DNA of 64,000 bases, taken from assembly GCF_009914755.1 (NCBI RefSeq), contig NC_060939.1. One strand, written 5' to 3'. Below are positions 46,770-63,829 of this stretch, piece by piece. The stretch is from the human T2T-CHM13v2.0 reference genome, Homo sapiens. The notes under the pieces are model-generated. The model had not been told where the DNA came from, did not search any database, and saw nothing but the letters and a program-made list of their open reading frames with translations. A program made the position numbers and the translations under genes. Position 1 is the stretch's first letter. The number at the start of each line of letters is the position of its first letter.

Positions 46770-47160
46770 TTTCCCGGCTGCTGCAAGTTGGGCTCCTTGG
46801 GAAACAGACTCTGAGACAAAGTTTAGCATGATCCCCTGGGGATCAACACCTGAGGGAAGGAGGGGAAGAAACAGCAAACATAGAGGTAAGCAGTGAGCTG
46901 GGATGCAGGCCCAACGACAGCCTCTGCTGACCCTACAGAGAGTCATCCCAAGCAGGGCAGAAAGGGCCAGGCTTTTGTACTCTGCTTTTATCAGTTATTG
47001 CATGGGGGCTGCCTGGGAAGAGGTGTGACCTCTGGGGCAGGGGGGTGCATGGGGCAGCTCTGTGCAGCAGAGGCAATCCCCCAAGGGCCTGGCAGGGAAA
47101 GTCTATGTGCTGACAGCACTCCTAGCTGTTAGGGCAACAAGCTCTTCATTAAACAAGGTC
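46770..47160 (-). mobile_element. Old ERVL-type LTR (LTR16-like)
   Basis: ggaaacagactctgagac...cccaagcagggcagaaagggccaggcttttgtac motifs; family uncertain. Confidence 0.45.
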
Positions 47161-47751
47161 TGGGTAGTACCGAAGGGACCATATAAAGTAGTAGAAACCG
47201 AGTTACTGAATTTCCAGAGGGCTAGTAGCAAGAAGATGGCTGAGTATAGCCCTTGGATTCCAGGTTAAGGGTTGGGTGGCTCTAAGGTACTAGAGATCTT
47301 GAGGTCAAGAGCAACTGTATTGGGAATAAATTCGGAGGGCAGAAAGTTAAAAGGATAGGGGCTACAGTCACATAGCAGCAGATTTGTCCAGCCCTTGGTG
47401 CCCTGCTGTTGTCCTTTTCTTCACCCAACTCTATTGATCCAGCCACCCATCATGTCCATGTCTACACTCAGGTTTCTGAGCAAGAAGGAGAACATTCCAC
47501 AGTCATGTGCATTGGTGTCCAACTGTCTCTGTCTCCTCACTTTGTGCATGTTTCTCAACAGCGTCCCCACCCTTTCCTCACCATGACTTCACCATCACTT
47601 TTTCAGTTGCTGTCTCTGCTCCCATCCCCACAAATATAGACATATTCATAGACATAAAATTTCTTTCATAGATAGTGCCATACTGGGAGCATTGTCCTAT
47701 GAGTTTTTTACTTAACACTCAATTTTAGAAATATTTCAATGGAAGCTTTAT

Positions 47752-48122
<371 letters not shown>

Positions 48123-48423
48123 TAGAATCTCTGGGAGTGGGACTGAGGGACCTGTATGTTCTGATGATCTGCAAGATTTTGGAACTAGTGCTTTGAGGGC
48201 AGTCCCTCCCATTTCCATGATTTGATTTCCACTACATGTTGGTGTCTCCTGAATTTACATTTTTAACTCAGATCTCTTCTAAGTCTCAGATCCATATATT
48301 TAAACACTAATTGTCTTGATGTTTCTCTCTAGGTGTCCTACCCTAAATGCAGATTGACCAGACTTTTGTAAAACACACACACATACACTGGAGGAATGGC
48401 ATCTAATTCTCTTTCTCTCTCTC

Positions 48424-48702
48424 TTTTTTTTTTGACATGGAGTCTCACTTTGTCACCCAGGCTGGAGTGCCATGGCACAATCTCGGGTCCCTGAAACCTC
48501 CACCTCCCAGGTTCAAGCAATTCTCATGCCTCAGCCTCCTGAGTAGCTGTGATTAGAGGCACCTGGCTAATTTTTGTATTTTTAGTAGAGAGGGGGTTTG
48601 CCATGTTGGCCAGGCTGGTCTCGAACGCCTGACCTCAGGTGATCTGCTCGCCTTGGCCTCCCAAAGCGCTAGGATTACAAGTGTGAGCCACTGCGCCCAG
48701 CC
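48424..48702 (-). mobile_element. AluS
   Basis: Antisense Alu. Confidence 0.88.
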
Positions 48703-48746
48703 TATCTAATTATCTTTCTCAATGCGTATCAGGTCTCCCCTGAAAC

Positions 48747-48817
48747 AGCCGAGATCACGCCACTGCACTCCAGCCTGGGCAACAGAGTGAAACTTCGTCT
48801 CAAAAAAAAAAAATAAA
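48747..48817 (+). mobile_element. Alu 3' fragment
   Basis: agccgagatcacgccactgcactccagcctgggcaacagag...poly-A. Confidence 0.85.
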
Positions 48818-49249
48818 ATTTTTAAAAAACAGAAGAAAATCTGCATCACAGCAGAAAACTAAGAAAGGATGCCATTCACATGGTAATTTATTTAGAAATA
48901 AAATCATGCTATAGTTTACATGGGTGGAGACTGATGGAAGCAATCAAAGATCAGCTTACAATCAATGCTCCTGGGGAAAAAAAAAATCTTAGGGAATAAT
49001 TGCAGGAGACCCTGGGAGAATTCCAATAATCCTTCCCCGCAATTTGAAGCTGGAAGTGAGAATAGGCAGTAGGACAGGGTGGAGCACCTTCCTTAGGACC
49101 CATTGTGTTGGATACTGCAAGTATTCAGAACAGCTTCCCTGAGAGGTTGCATGGTATGCTTGGTGGGCATTGCTATGCAGCATCTCATGGATGCCTTTGG
49201 CAGAGGCATCAGAAAAGAAAACAACAACATTGTGTGTAAATCCCAATAC

Positions 49250-51620
<2,371 letters not shown>

Positions 51621-52215
51621 CTTATTCATATTTTTTGAATATTTATTTGTAAATGCATAGTGTACCTCTAGAAGAATGCATAAGAAACCAATTAGGGTTG
51701 ACTTTGGAGAAGAAAACTGAATGAAGGACAAGTAAGAGATTTCATTTTTACTATATACAATAATAACTACTCAAAAACTAACATTTAAATAATTAAATCC
51801 ATAAACAAGCTACTTGTCTGCCAGACTGTATTTAATGATTAACTCATGTTTGATCTGACATATATTGTGAAGGTCATATATAATAAATTTCTAACACTCA
51901 AAAATATATTATACCATCATTATTGTGTTGTGCTTATTCGTAAAATAAGTGAGCAACTAAAACGTCACTGTAAAAAGAAAAAGTTGACCCCATCACATAC
52001 CTACTGATAAGCTTAGGTTTTTAGTTTTTTTTTTTTTTTAAACATGAGATCTTTTAAAATATATATATGCCTCTTTCTTGGGTGGAGAAAGTGATAGAGA
52101 AATATTGCATCAGATTTACCACTATGGCCCTGCAGACATTATTTAGGTCAGTAGGTTCATATTGCATATTTTACTTTCTGGAACTCAGGAATAGACAAGT
52201 ATAATCTTGTGCTGT

Positions 52216-52529
52216 GTTTTGTTTTGTTTTGTTTTGTCTGGAGACAGAGTCTCTGTTGCCCAGGCTGGAGTGCAGTGTCGCAGTCATAGCTCACTGAAGC
52301 CTCTGAACTCCTGGGCTCAAGTGATCCTCCCACCTCAGCCTCCCAGGTGGCTGGGACTACAGGTGCAAGCCACCATGCTGAACTATTTTTTCGTTTTATT
52401 ATTCCTTTTTCTATAGATGGGGTCTCGCTCTGTTGCCCAGGCAGGTCACAAATTCCTGCATTTAAGCAGTCCTCCCACCTCAACCTCCCCAAATGCTGGG
52501 ATTACAGGCAGCAGCCACCATACTCAGCC
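52216..52529 (-). mobile_element. AluJ
   Basis: Antisense Alu; TSD caagtataatctt. Confidence 0.88.
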
Positions 52530-52702
52530 AAGTATAATCTTAATAGGTTCTGAGTTTTATTTTCTGGGCCAAATAAAACTCAGAATTGATATTATCCATA
52601 GTAGGATAGGGTAATTATTATAATGTGACTGAATTGTGTGAATCTATGCATTATGAGTATAGTATGTTCTTTCATCCTTTTAAACACAAAACCCAAGTGG
52701 GA

Positions 52703-53730
52703 TGTGTATTAATTTTCTACTGCTGCATAATAAATTATCACAAACTTCATGGTTTAAAACAGTACCCATTTATTATTTCACACTTTCCATGGGTCGAGAG
52801 TACAGGCATATCTTTTATTTTATTTTATTTTATTTTATTTATTTTTTGTAGAGACAAGGTCTTGCTATGTTGCCCAGGCTGGTCTAGAACTCCTGGCCTC
52901 AAACAATCTTCCTGCCTCGGCCTCCCACAGTGCTGGGATTACAGGTGTGAGCCCTATGGCTGGCCAGACATATCTTAACTGGGTTCTTTGCTCAGGATCT
53001 TACTATACTGGAATCAAGATTTTAGCTAGGGCTACAGTCTCCTCTGAGGTTCAGGATCCTCTTCCAAGCTCAAGTGATTGGCAGCTGTATTAATTTTCTT
53101 GCTGCTATAGAACTCATGGCAGCTTGCGTCTTTAAGGCCACCAGGGAGAAATCTTTAAACTCTAGACCCTCTGTTAAAGGGCTTACCTGATTAAGTCAGG
53201 CCCACTTTAGTCAATCTCCCTTATGATTGAACTTAAAGGCCGGGCATGGTGGCTCACAACTGTAATACTAGCACTTTGGGAGGCAGAGGCTGGTGGATCA
53301 CCTGAGGTCAGGAGTTAGAGATCAGCCTGGCCAACATGGTAAAATCCCATCTCTACTAAAAATATAAAAATTAGCTGGGTGTGGTGGCCCGTGCCTGTAA
53401 TCCCAGCTACTTGGGAGGCTGAGGCAAGAGAATTGCTTGAACCCAGGAGGCAGAAGTTGCAGTGAGCCAAGATCGCTCTACTGCACTCCAGCCTGCCCAA
53501 CGGGAGCAAGACTCCCTCTCAAAAAATAATAATAATAAAATAAAATAATTTTTAAAAAGATCAAACTTAAAGTCAACAGATTAAGGATTTTAATTATATC
53601 TGCAAAAATTTTCATCTTTTCCTTATAAAGTAAGCTAATAATTAGAGGGGCACCCCACCATACTCACAGGTCCCTCCCAGACTCAAGAGGAGGAGATTAC
53701 ACAGGCCATCTTAGAATCCTGCCTTCAATA
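52703..53730 (-). mobile_element. MLT1-type LTR with a nested Alu monomer (52811-52965, -) and AluS (53238-53548, +)
   Basis: tgtattaattttctactgctgcataataaattatcacaaactt...ggccatcttagaatcctgcct. Confidence 0.7.
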
Positions 53731-54908
53731 TTGCTATCTCACATTTCTAGAGATCATATATATCAGCTATGAAGAGCCAAGCTGGGAGTTAGATAAGTTA
53801 AAAATGGTCCATGAAGTGTCCCCCAAAAAGTTCCACTCTCTGTGCATGCACAATAGATCATATTCATTTGGAGGGATATCTAGAACCATAAAAATAAATT
53901 AAACCTGAAAAAGACCTCAGAGATCCTCAAGTACTAAAATGATGTTTCCATACAGAACATTTGCACACAATTCTAGTTACATTGTTTTTCAGTCAACAAA
54001 ATGTTAAATGAGCAGTAACTAGCCATAAGTGACACCAGGGATAATGCAGCAAAACATGAAAAACTTTTAACAAAGGAAATATAGAGCACAAAATTGCAGC
54101 AATCTGAGGTCAAAAACGTGAAAGAGATTCTACACACCCCAGTAGAGCTTGAGGACATCATTACTTTGTAAGAGGACAGACTAATGGCAGAAAAGCTCAA
54201 TTTTGTTCCATGTATCCTGGTTAAGAAAGCAAGGATACCTGCACTGCAATTCACCCTCAGAAAAATTCTCGTCCACATGGCTGGCATCAAAAGATGGCTA
54301 AGCTTCAGTTATCTGGAAAATTAATTTACATAGACAGACTCTTTCTGCAGTTAAGCAGAGTATATGGAGCTCCAGTGTAAGATTTAAACAGTATATTTTC
54401 AGGTTAAGTAATTTAAGATGAGGAATGCAGAAAGGAGAACTTCTCAGAGGTTGAGGCCAAGAACCAGGTCATGAATGTCATTGCTTCAGAGAAGGTGACA
54501 AGCAATGACAACTGGGATAAGAAGACTAATTTCCTCCTCAGCCTGGGAGACATATTGCAGCGGAGGGTAGTTTGGGACAAAACTCAGCAGTTGACTTTGA
54601 GAGAAAGGCATAAGTAACTGCTAAACTGTGAGACTGCTGCAGACCCTGGGGGCTCAAGCCCAACCCTCTGTTGTCATGCAAGCCCCTGTTCTCACACAGC
54701 ATGGCTTTCCCAGACTTTCAAATCTGGATCATCTGCTCTTTTCGATGCCCAAGAGATGAAGAAAAAGAGACTGACTTCTCTGTTATTATGTACTTGCACT
54801 TTCTGATGTTCCTATTGCACTTCTGCCCAACAAAGAGGTGGTAAAATTATTCTCAGGGAAAGTGAGAAGTTCAGAGGAGTAAGAAATAACAGGTATTTAA
54901 AGATGTTA

Positions 54909-55242
54909 GGCCAAGCACGGTGGCTCACATCTGTAATCCCAGCACTTTGGGAAGCCGAGGCAGGAGGATAGCTTGAGCTCAGGAGTTCGAGAACAGTCTG
55001 GGCAACACAGTGAAACCCTGTCTCTACAAAAAAAAAAAAATAATAATAATAACAAACATTAGTCAGGTGTGGTGGTGTATGCCTGTAGTCCCAGCTACTT
55101 GGGAGGCTGAGGTGGGAAGGATCACTTGAGCCCTAGAGGCGGAAGTTGCGGTAAGTTGTAATTGCACCACTGCACTCCAGCCTGGGTGACAGAGCAAGAC
55201 TCTGTCTCAAAAAACAAAAAACAAAAACAAATACAAAAAAAA
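54909..55242 (+). mobile_element. AluJ
   Basis: Alu consensus. Confidence 0.88.
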
Positions 55243-55369
55243 ATATTAAACAACTCCAGCTGCTAACACAACACGCACATTGGAAACAGATCACCATACT
55301 GTGATTTCCTAATGCTCAAAGATACATTTACAAAATGAATTCTACTAAAAAAAAGTATTATTTGTGCAC

Positions 55370-56325
55370 TTTTGACTTAATGTGTCCAAAAGTGAGCTCT
55401 TACTCTTCCTTCCCAAAGGTGCTCTTTAACACTCTTCCTTCATCTCCATGCATGACAATGCTATCCTTGCCATGAATCTTCGAGTCATCTTTGACTCTCA
55501 CACGCACATCTGATTTATCAGCAAATCCTATTGGCTTCAGAATATATCCAGAATCTACTCACTTGTCACCATCTCCACTTCTGCCTCTCTGACCCATGTT
55601 GCCACTGGACCATTTCTCACCTGGATCACTGCAGGAGCCTTCTCAAGGGTCTTTCCACATCGGGCCTAGCTCCTCCTCTGCCTCATTTCAACATCTTCTC
55701 AAAGGTCTTTCCACATCAGGCCTTACTCCTCCTCTTCCTCATAGCAACCCAAGCAATCCTGCCAAGTAAACTAGAGATTGTCATTCCTGTTACCAAAATC
55801 TTCTAATGGCTTCCCATTTCAGTCCATGGAAAAGCCACTGTCCTTACAAGAGCTTACAAGGCCCTACCCCTGCACCCCATCCACCTATTTCTGCGACTTC
55901 AACACCTACAACTGTGTACGCCTTCCTCTGTCACTGTTCAGACCACACTGGCCTTCTTACAGGTGAGTTTGCACCCTGGGACCTTAGTGCCTGCTGTGTC
56001 CTCTGCCTGGAATGCCCTTCCCCAAGATATCACTTCCTTCAAGTTAGGTAAAACAACCCCCAGCCCCCAGCCCCACAATCAGCAAATAGCATGTTCTCAC
56101 TGAGGCCTTCCCTGGCTTCCCTCTCTGAAATCAGAAGTCTAAATCCCATACCTCCCTCCCTGCTTTACTTTTCTCCTTAACTCTCGGCACTACTCATTTG
56201 AATCACATCTTCTATCTGTTGTCAGACTTATTTTGTCTGTTCTGTTCCCTGCCATATCCTCAAAGTCTAGACCAGTGCCTGGCACATGGAACACATTCAA
56301 CAGATATTTGTTGGAACGATGAATT
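55370..56325 (+). mobile_element. LINE-2 3' portion
   Basis: Pyrimidine-rich body ending cagtgcctggcacat...atatttgttggaacgatgaat. Confidence 0.78.
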
Positions 56326-56514
56326 AATACAGGGCACTGAGGGGACATGGCAAGTATGAAACTCCTTTGGGGTCTGGTCTCTGACTCACTATGAAGCCGC
56401 ATTCTGCCCTGCTCAGGGCCCTTCCACACCAGCTATGCCCTGACGCACCACACACTCTGTACTCTCCAGAGCTCTGAATATGCTTATCCTGCTGCCTGGG
56501 ATTTCTGACTCTCT

Positions 56515-56517
<3 letters not shown>

Positions 56518-56565
<48 letters not shown>

Positions 56566-57141
56566 AGATGGAGTCTCGCTCTGTCACCCAGGCTGGAGTG
56601 CAGTGGCATGTCTCAACCCACTGCAACTTTTGCCTCTCAGGTTCAAGCGATTCTCATGCATCAGCCTTTCAAGTAGCTGGGATTACAGGCATGCGCCACT
56701 ATGCCCGGCTAATTTTTGTATTTTTAGCAGAGATGGAGTTTCACCATGTTGTCCAGGCTGTCTTGAACTAATCTCAAATTATCTGCCCACCTTGGCCTCC
56801 CAAAGTGCTAAGATTACAGGCATGAGCCACCGCACCCAGCCTCACTCTTTTTTTTATGTTTTTGAGACGGAGTCTCACGCTGTTGCCCAGGCTGGAGTGC
56901 AATGGTGCGATCTCGGCTCGCTGCAACCTCGCACTCCCGTTCAAACGATTCTCCTGCCTCAACCTCCAGCGTAGCTGGGATTACAGGCACCGCCACCACG
57001 CCAAGCTAATTTTTTTATTTTTAGTAGAGACAGGGTTTCACCATGTTGGTCAGGATGGTCTCAATCTCCTGACCTTGTGATCTGCCCACCTCAGGCTCCC
57101 AAACTGCTGGGATTATAGGCGTGAGCCACCTCGCCCAGCCT
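56518..57141 (-). mobile_element. Two tandem antisense AluS (56518-56841, 56847-57141); first has a ~47-nt poly-T
   Basis: Alu consensus twice. Confidence 0.9.
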
Positions 57142-57439
57142 CTTTTTTCAATCACTGTTATTTTTATCCTTATTTAGTTCACTACTATACTCACTTTCTC
57201 TTGAGTTGATTGGCCATCTGGTGTCAGTTCTTTTGTCAATTGATTCAACAAAAATGTGTCAGGCTGTAAAGACACAAAGATACACTGTTCTGAGCTCTTA
57301 AGATATTGGCATCCACATTCCCTGCCCTCAAAAAGTTAAAGGTTTAGACAGACAAGAAAACAAGTTACACATAATAATTACAAATTGTGAAAAATACTGT
57401 GAAGGAAATAAAGAGAAAGTGTTGAGACAGGATAACTCT

Positions 57440-58047
57440 GTTGACCTTGATGCCCTTTGTGGGCGGGAACTGGAGAGGCTCCTTTCACTCAGCCCACTGT
57501 CGGCCACTCCTCCCAAAAGAGAGCCTGCGAGCAAGCGAGTGCAGCAACCGGAGACAACACTGGAACTGGCCCATTACTCCTCTCTGGCAGGAGCACGCTC
57601 TGTGCAGGCCCTATAGCAGCATCCAAGCCCCTGCCCTCTCCGTACCCGGGCATCCAGGAAGAATCAGGCCACAAGAACGAATAGAAGGGTGGTTGGTGTA
57701 TGCGGAGGATTTTACTGGGTGATATAAGTGGCTCTCAGCAGGATAAGGAATTGGAAAGGGGATGGGTGTGGGAAGAAGGTGATCTTTCCCTGAAGCCACA
57801 CTGTCTGAAGTTAGCCACATCTATCCATAGTCTTGATGCTCAGCAGCTTGTACCCCCACCGCTCCGCTGCTTGTGTTGCTCTGCCAGTTGAAGTCTTTTT
57901 ATGTCAACAGGATAGGGGCGTGGCAGGCCAAAAAAGTAACATTTGGGTGGAAAAACAGGGTCAGCTATTTTCACTTAGGGCTGTGGTTCCAGGCTTAAGG
58001 GTGGGGTGGGGAGGGGGTTTAGCCAGGAGCCCAGCTGTTCTGTATCA
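57440..58047 (-). mobile_element. ERV1 (MER4-group-like) LTR
   Basis: GC-richer block ending ...gttctgtatca (TGATACAG on minus strand); family not resolved. Confidence 0.55.
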
Positions 58048-58142
58048 GTGTGACAGAGAATAATGGAAATAGTAATACTTTATTAGGGTACTCAGTGAGG
58101 ATGTCTATGAAAAACACATAAGGATAAGAAGGTGCTGACAGT

Positions 58143-59633
58143 GTTGAACTTTACCGGAGCCCTGTGCTCCTGGAACACAGCAATCATTAAGAAGTCTCCC
58201 CAGCTTTCTGTGTTCTAGAAATGGCTAACTGAAATCAACCACCATTCCCTATATGACTTAGACAAGACACTGCCAACTCTTTCTCATGATTCCTACAAGA
58301 CTGTAGATGATTCCTTTGTTTACCTGTGACAAGGTCAAACCCAGACTTTTCCCCTTTAAACTGAGCCTGCACATAAGGTCAGACAGACACCTTCTAACTT
58401 TATTCTTTGTCTCATGGATGATTAGCTGAGATAAGTTTTGTCCTCATGAAACTAACTAGACACAGAAATAAACAATCCCAACTTTAAATTTACTCCACCT
58501 ATAACTTGTCTACTCTTCCCTATAAAAATCTAAGACAAGGCCAGGTGTGGGGACTCACACCTGTAATCCCAGCACTTTGGGAGGCCAAGGTGGGCAGATC
58601 ACTTGAGGTCAGGGGTTTGAGACCATCCTGGCCAACATGGTGAAACCCAGCCTCTACTAAAAATACAAAAAAATAAGCCGGGCATGGTGGCGGGTGCCTA
58701 TAATCCTAGCTACTCAGGGGGCTGAGGCAGGAGAATTGCTTGAACCCAGGAGGCAGAGGTTACAGTGAGCTGAGATCACACCACTGCACTCCAGCCTGAG
58801 TGGCAGAGTAAGACTCTGTCTCAAAAAAACAAACAAACAGAAAAAATCTAAAACAAAACTATCCTGCTAGATACACTGTAGTAGGCTGAACACGGCCCCT
58901 GAAGATATCCAGGTCCTAATCCCTGAAATCTGTGAATTTTACCTTACATGGAAAAAGGGCTTTTGCAAATGTGATTAAGGATCTTGAGATGAGGCAATCA
59001 TCCTGGATTATCTGGCTAAGTCCTAAATAAAAGCACAAGTATTTTTTTAAATTTAAATTTTATTTTACTTTATTTTATTTTAAATTCTGGGATACATGTA
59101 CAGGATGTGCAGGTTTGTTACATAAGTAAACACATGCCATGATGGTTTACTGCACCTATCCACCCATCACCTAGGTATTAAGCACCACATGCATAAGCAC
59201 AAGTATCTTTGTAAGGGGGAAGCTGAGGGACATTTGACTATAAGCAGAAAATCATGTGATGGAAGCAGGGTCAGACAGAAGATGCTACACTGCCGGTTTT
59301 GAAGATAAAGGGGCCATGAGCCAAGGAATGCAGCTCTAGACATGGGAAAAAGCAAGAAAACAGATTCTCCCTTAGAGAATCTGCATCTCTCCAGAGGCAA
59401 TGTGGCACCAGAGACACCTTGATTTTTGGCACGGAAGACTCATTTTGGAATTCTAGCCTCCAGAACTGTAAGGGAATCAATTTCTATTGTTTTAAGTCAC
59501 TAATTTTGTGAAAATTTTTTACAGCAGTAATAGAAAATAAATACATACTCTAATCTTCAAATCTGGGGTGTTTTCCCTATTGCAATAGCCAAAATAAAAT
59601 CAATCTCCTTACTTATTCAGTTTTTGTCTTTGA
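58143..59633 (+). mobile_element. ERV-type LTR split by AluS (58539-58845) and an MLT1 LTR (58877-59545)
   Basis: TG start, TATA-like cctataaaa at ~58519, resumed tail with attgcaatag...aataaaatc at ~59580-59600. Confidence 0.55.
58877..59545 (+). mobile_element. MLT1C/D-like LTR containing a 5'-truncated L1PA 3' end (59043-59194, -)
   Basis: tgtagtaggctgaa...acagcagtaatagaaaataaataca; L1 piece flanked by TSD AAGCACAAGTAT. Confidence 0.8.
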
Positions 59634-59903
59634 TGGTGCTACCCATGTGAAGAACAGTGAGTAGAACAGGCCAGGCAGAATGAACACTACGGGCAAAAGC
59701 CCCCAGGCAAGAGAGGACTTGAGATATTCTGGAACCTAGGAAATGAGTGTGACTCAAGAGAAAGTTGAACAATAACAGTCTGATCATGCAGGGCCTTGGG
59801 CCATGACAGGGAATTGGGGATTTATTATATGTGTGATGGGAAACCTTTAGAAGATTTTAAGCCATAAATGGTGAAAGCAGGGAGGTTAGTTAACAGTCCC
59901 GGT

Positions 59904-60278
<375 letters not shown>

Positions 60279-62351
60279 TTAGATACAGAATTAGTAGGGC
60301 TGGATGAACCAGATTCTGTCTTTGTGTGGGTCACAGTAGGAAACAGAGAACACAGTCAAATTAGGATAACTTGAGGAGGGTTTACTAAAGGGACTATTCA
60401 TAAAGATGTGGGCAAGAAATGGAAGCCCAAAACCACAAGGGAGAGTCCAGTACCTACAAGCTGGGAATAATGTGATGCTCTTCCCTTTGCCAGGTCCGAA
60501 GAGAAAAGGGGAGAGCATCATTTCTAGAGCTTGGAAGACAAGGCAACTTGACAAGAGCAGTGGCGTTCAGTAGAGGTTTAACGCCCACCTGACCTTTCCC
60601 GCCCTTCTCCCTCTGGTCTCCTGCTGGGGCTCTCCATTGTCTTAACCCACATTGAAGCCACAAGACAAAGGAGCTCGTTGGTGATGCCCATACAGGTCAG
60701 CTGCCTGGACAGCGAACAAACTGTAAAGGGACAGAGAGTGGGCCTGGAGGGAACAAACAAAGGTGTGTTAGGGATAGTCCAATTATTACAATTTACTAAA
60801 AGAAAATGCAGAGACTTGAATTTTCTACATGATTTCCTTAATACTCAGTTTCAGCTAGCCTATGCCTATAGGCACAAAAATAATGAACTCTCACCTTCCT
60901 GACTTCTTTTTCTTTTTTTTGAACATTTACAACTGCTTTTTTGTCCTAAAGGCAATCAGGAAAGAAAGTGATTAAAACACTTATGAAGATTAATAATGCT
61001 GTCTTCAAAGTTCAGTGGAAAAATTATTTTGGTAAAATTCTAAAATTTGAGAAAACGTTTCTATAGGAGAACTGGATAATACCCACTTTGGACTAAAGAG
61101 AATTGAGTTTGTGCAGTCTAGTAAGTAAAGGTTGTTTCACCAGGGCAGAATGCGGAATCACAATCACCCGAAACCACAAGCGGAATTCATACGTCTCCCT
61201 GCACAGATACCCATATTTTGCCATTGCTTAAGTTTCCTTTTTGTTGTTGTTGTTATTACTCTGGAAGATAATTCAATTCATATTGCACATTTCCTCACAG
61301 AAAATTTGAATCTTATGAATATAAAAATCATGGACTTGGCCCAATTTTATTTTAATCAGTTTTTCAGTTTCCTAATTCAGGATTAGCTTCCCAGTATATA
61401 TGCAGACATTTAGTAACAAGTGCAACAGTGTGCACATTAAAATATGGAGAGTTTCAGCAGCAATTTGAGTTATAGTAATTACTGGGTTTGTTTACACAGA
61501 CATAGATGAAAAGTATAACCTTTTTCTTTTTTTTTAATTTGGAAAAATCATGTGCTACCAGCAGAAAAAATTATACAATAGTTGTATAATGTCATAGAGG
61601 AAATCAGGTGCAACCAATGAGACTGAGAAATAAAGGGATCAAAATCATATAAGGTAGTGTCTTAACTAGGCATCCTTTCTCCTGGAATTAGCCCCAATAG
61701 TAGAGAAAGGCTCTCACAGGCACATTCTGCTCAGAATGATTGCCACAACCTTCACCAGCACCCAAATCACCTGCCCAGTGGACACCAGGATCTCCATTTA
61801 CCAATTCCAGTGCAATCCCAAAGCCATCTTCTACTGCGCTTTGGCAATCATTTGTCATATCTTGTTCCCTGGCCCCATTTGCTCCATCTGGGAAATCAGA
61901 CTGATTGAGATGGGGTTTGTAAAGGGGAAGGAGAGAAGAGGGAGGAAAATGCCCTCTCTGCTACCCTAGCAACTGGGAGCCAACAAGAGAGGCACTAGTG
62001 TTCTTGGGGAAAGTGGGAAAGTAAGTCCATCCCTGGGGACACTCAGAAACAGATCAGGCCTGCTTTTGAAAGGCTTATTGATACCAGATCTGAAAGCTCT
62101 CCCAAGACACTCAGATTACTGCTTTCATGACTACAGGGCTGTTTCTCTAAAGGCAGCAAGCAGGCATACAGAGACCTTCACAAGTCTTACAATGATTAAA
62201 AAGGGGTAAAATTACCCAAATCACCAATAATTCATCTCAATATCTTCTTCCACCTATTCTACCCTATTTCCATATCAAATTGACTTACTGAGCCATCAAT
62301 TCAGCTAAAAGGGAAGTCCTATTGATTGTTTAAAATATCCGTTTTAAGTCT

Positions 62352-62855
62352 TGTGGTAGACAGAAAAATGGCCTTCAAAGATGTCCACACTCAGATCCCC
62401 AGAACTATGAATTTTATTACCTCACATGGCAAAGGTGACTTTGCAGATGTGATTAAGGTCACCAACCTTGAGATGGGGAGATTATCCTGGATAATCTGGG
62501 TGGGGCCACTCTAATCACATGAGTCTTGAAAGAGAAGAAACTTTCTCAGCTGTGGACATAGAACCAGAGAGGTGGCAGTGGCAGCATGAGAAGAATTCAA
62601 CTTGCTGCGTTGGCGAGGAAGACGGAAGAAGGAGGTCACAAAGCATGGAATGCAGGCAGCCCAGCAGCTGGGAAAAGCAAGAAAATGGATTCTCCCTCAG
62701 AGCCTCTAGAAGGGAGGGCGGCCTTACCAACATCTTAATTTTAGTCCAGTGATACCCATGTCGGACTTCTGACCTAAAGAACTGCAAGGTAAGAAGTTTG
62801 TATTGTTTAAGCCATCAAGGCTGTGGTAATTTTTTTACAGCAGCAATAGAAAATT
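62352..62855 (+). mobile_element. MLT1D-like LTR
   Basis: tgtggtagacagaaaaatggcc...gactttgcagatgtgattaagg...ttacagcagcaatagaaaa. Confidence 0.82.
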
Positions 62856-63458
62856 TGGACTGTGTAGTCTTCATCACCTCAAGCTTGGATTAGCACAATA
62901 GAAAATTTCCAGTCTCCCCAGCCTCCAGCTTCTTAGTCTCCACGTCATCTTAGAAAATCTCATTCCACTAAACTCTTGTCAAATATTACTCTACTCATTC
63001 TACTCCCCTGTCCAAGAGCCTACAAATGGCAATTTTTCAAACTAAGCACCTCTGAACATCAGATCTGTGGTGTCCTCTTTGGGCCTGCCAAGGGGGGAAG
63101 ATGGGAGGCTCACCATGCACCTATTTTAATGGCAAAAGTTCTGGTCTGACTGTTCTACACTGTGTACTTCAGAATAAAATTAGGCTGAAAGAATGGGTTC
63201 CATTGCTTTACAAGTATTTGACCTATAGCATTAAATATAAGCTTCTCGGCTCAATTTTTAAGGCCTGCACAATCTCACCCTACTCTGTTCCTCTAGTCTA
63301 TGAACTCCTTTAGTCCCCAAAAGTAATCTTTCACATAAATCAGAACAATTTACTCACAATACCTACAAATAGTTATGTTCCTATTGATACCCACACACTG
63401 AAGAGTGCAAATACTGAAGCTTAAAATCATTCAGTCTTCTCTCAACTCGGAGAAAGAC

Positions 63459-63717
63459 TTTCTTTTTTTTTTTTTTTTTTTTTTTTGAGACGGAGTCTCT
63501 CTCTGTCGCCCAGGCTGGAGTGTGGAGTGCAGTGGCGTGATCTGGGCTCGCTGCAAGGTCCGCCTCCCGGGTTCACGCCATTCTCCTGCCTCAGCCTCCC
63601 CGGCAGCTGGGACTACAGGTGCACGCCGCCACGCCCGGCTAATTTTTTGTAGTTTTGGTAGAGATGGGGTTTCACCGTGTTAGCCAGGATGGTCTCATGA
63701 GCCACCACGCCCGGCCC
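63459..63717 (-). mobile_element. AluY with deletion in the left arm
   Basis: gggttcacgccattctcctg, ttcaccgtgttagccaggatggtctc joined directly to atgagccacc. Confidence 0.88.
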
Positions 63718-63829
63718 AGAGAAAGCCTTTCTATTCACCTCCAGACCTTTTTACACCAAGAAACCAACCCAACTTCCCTATTCCCTCCCTGCCAAGTAAA
63801 GTCTACCTCTTCTACTCCAGGGAGCATTT

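Noticed and set aside
53973-54420. Coding-like stretch, possibly a decayed Tigger transposase or processed pseudogene
   Set aside because: Stops in the plausible frames and I cannot assign a family; needs Dfam or tBLASTx
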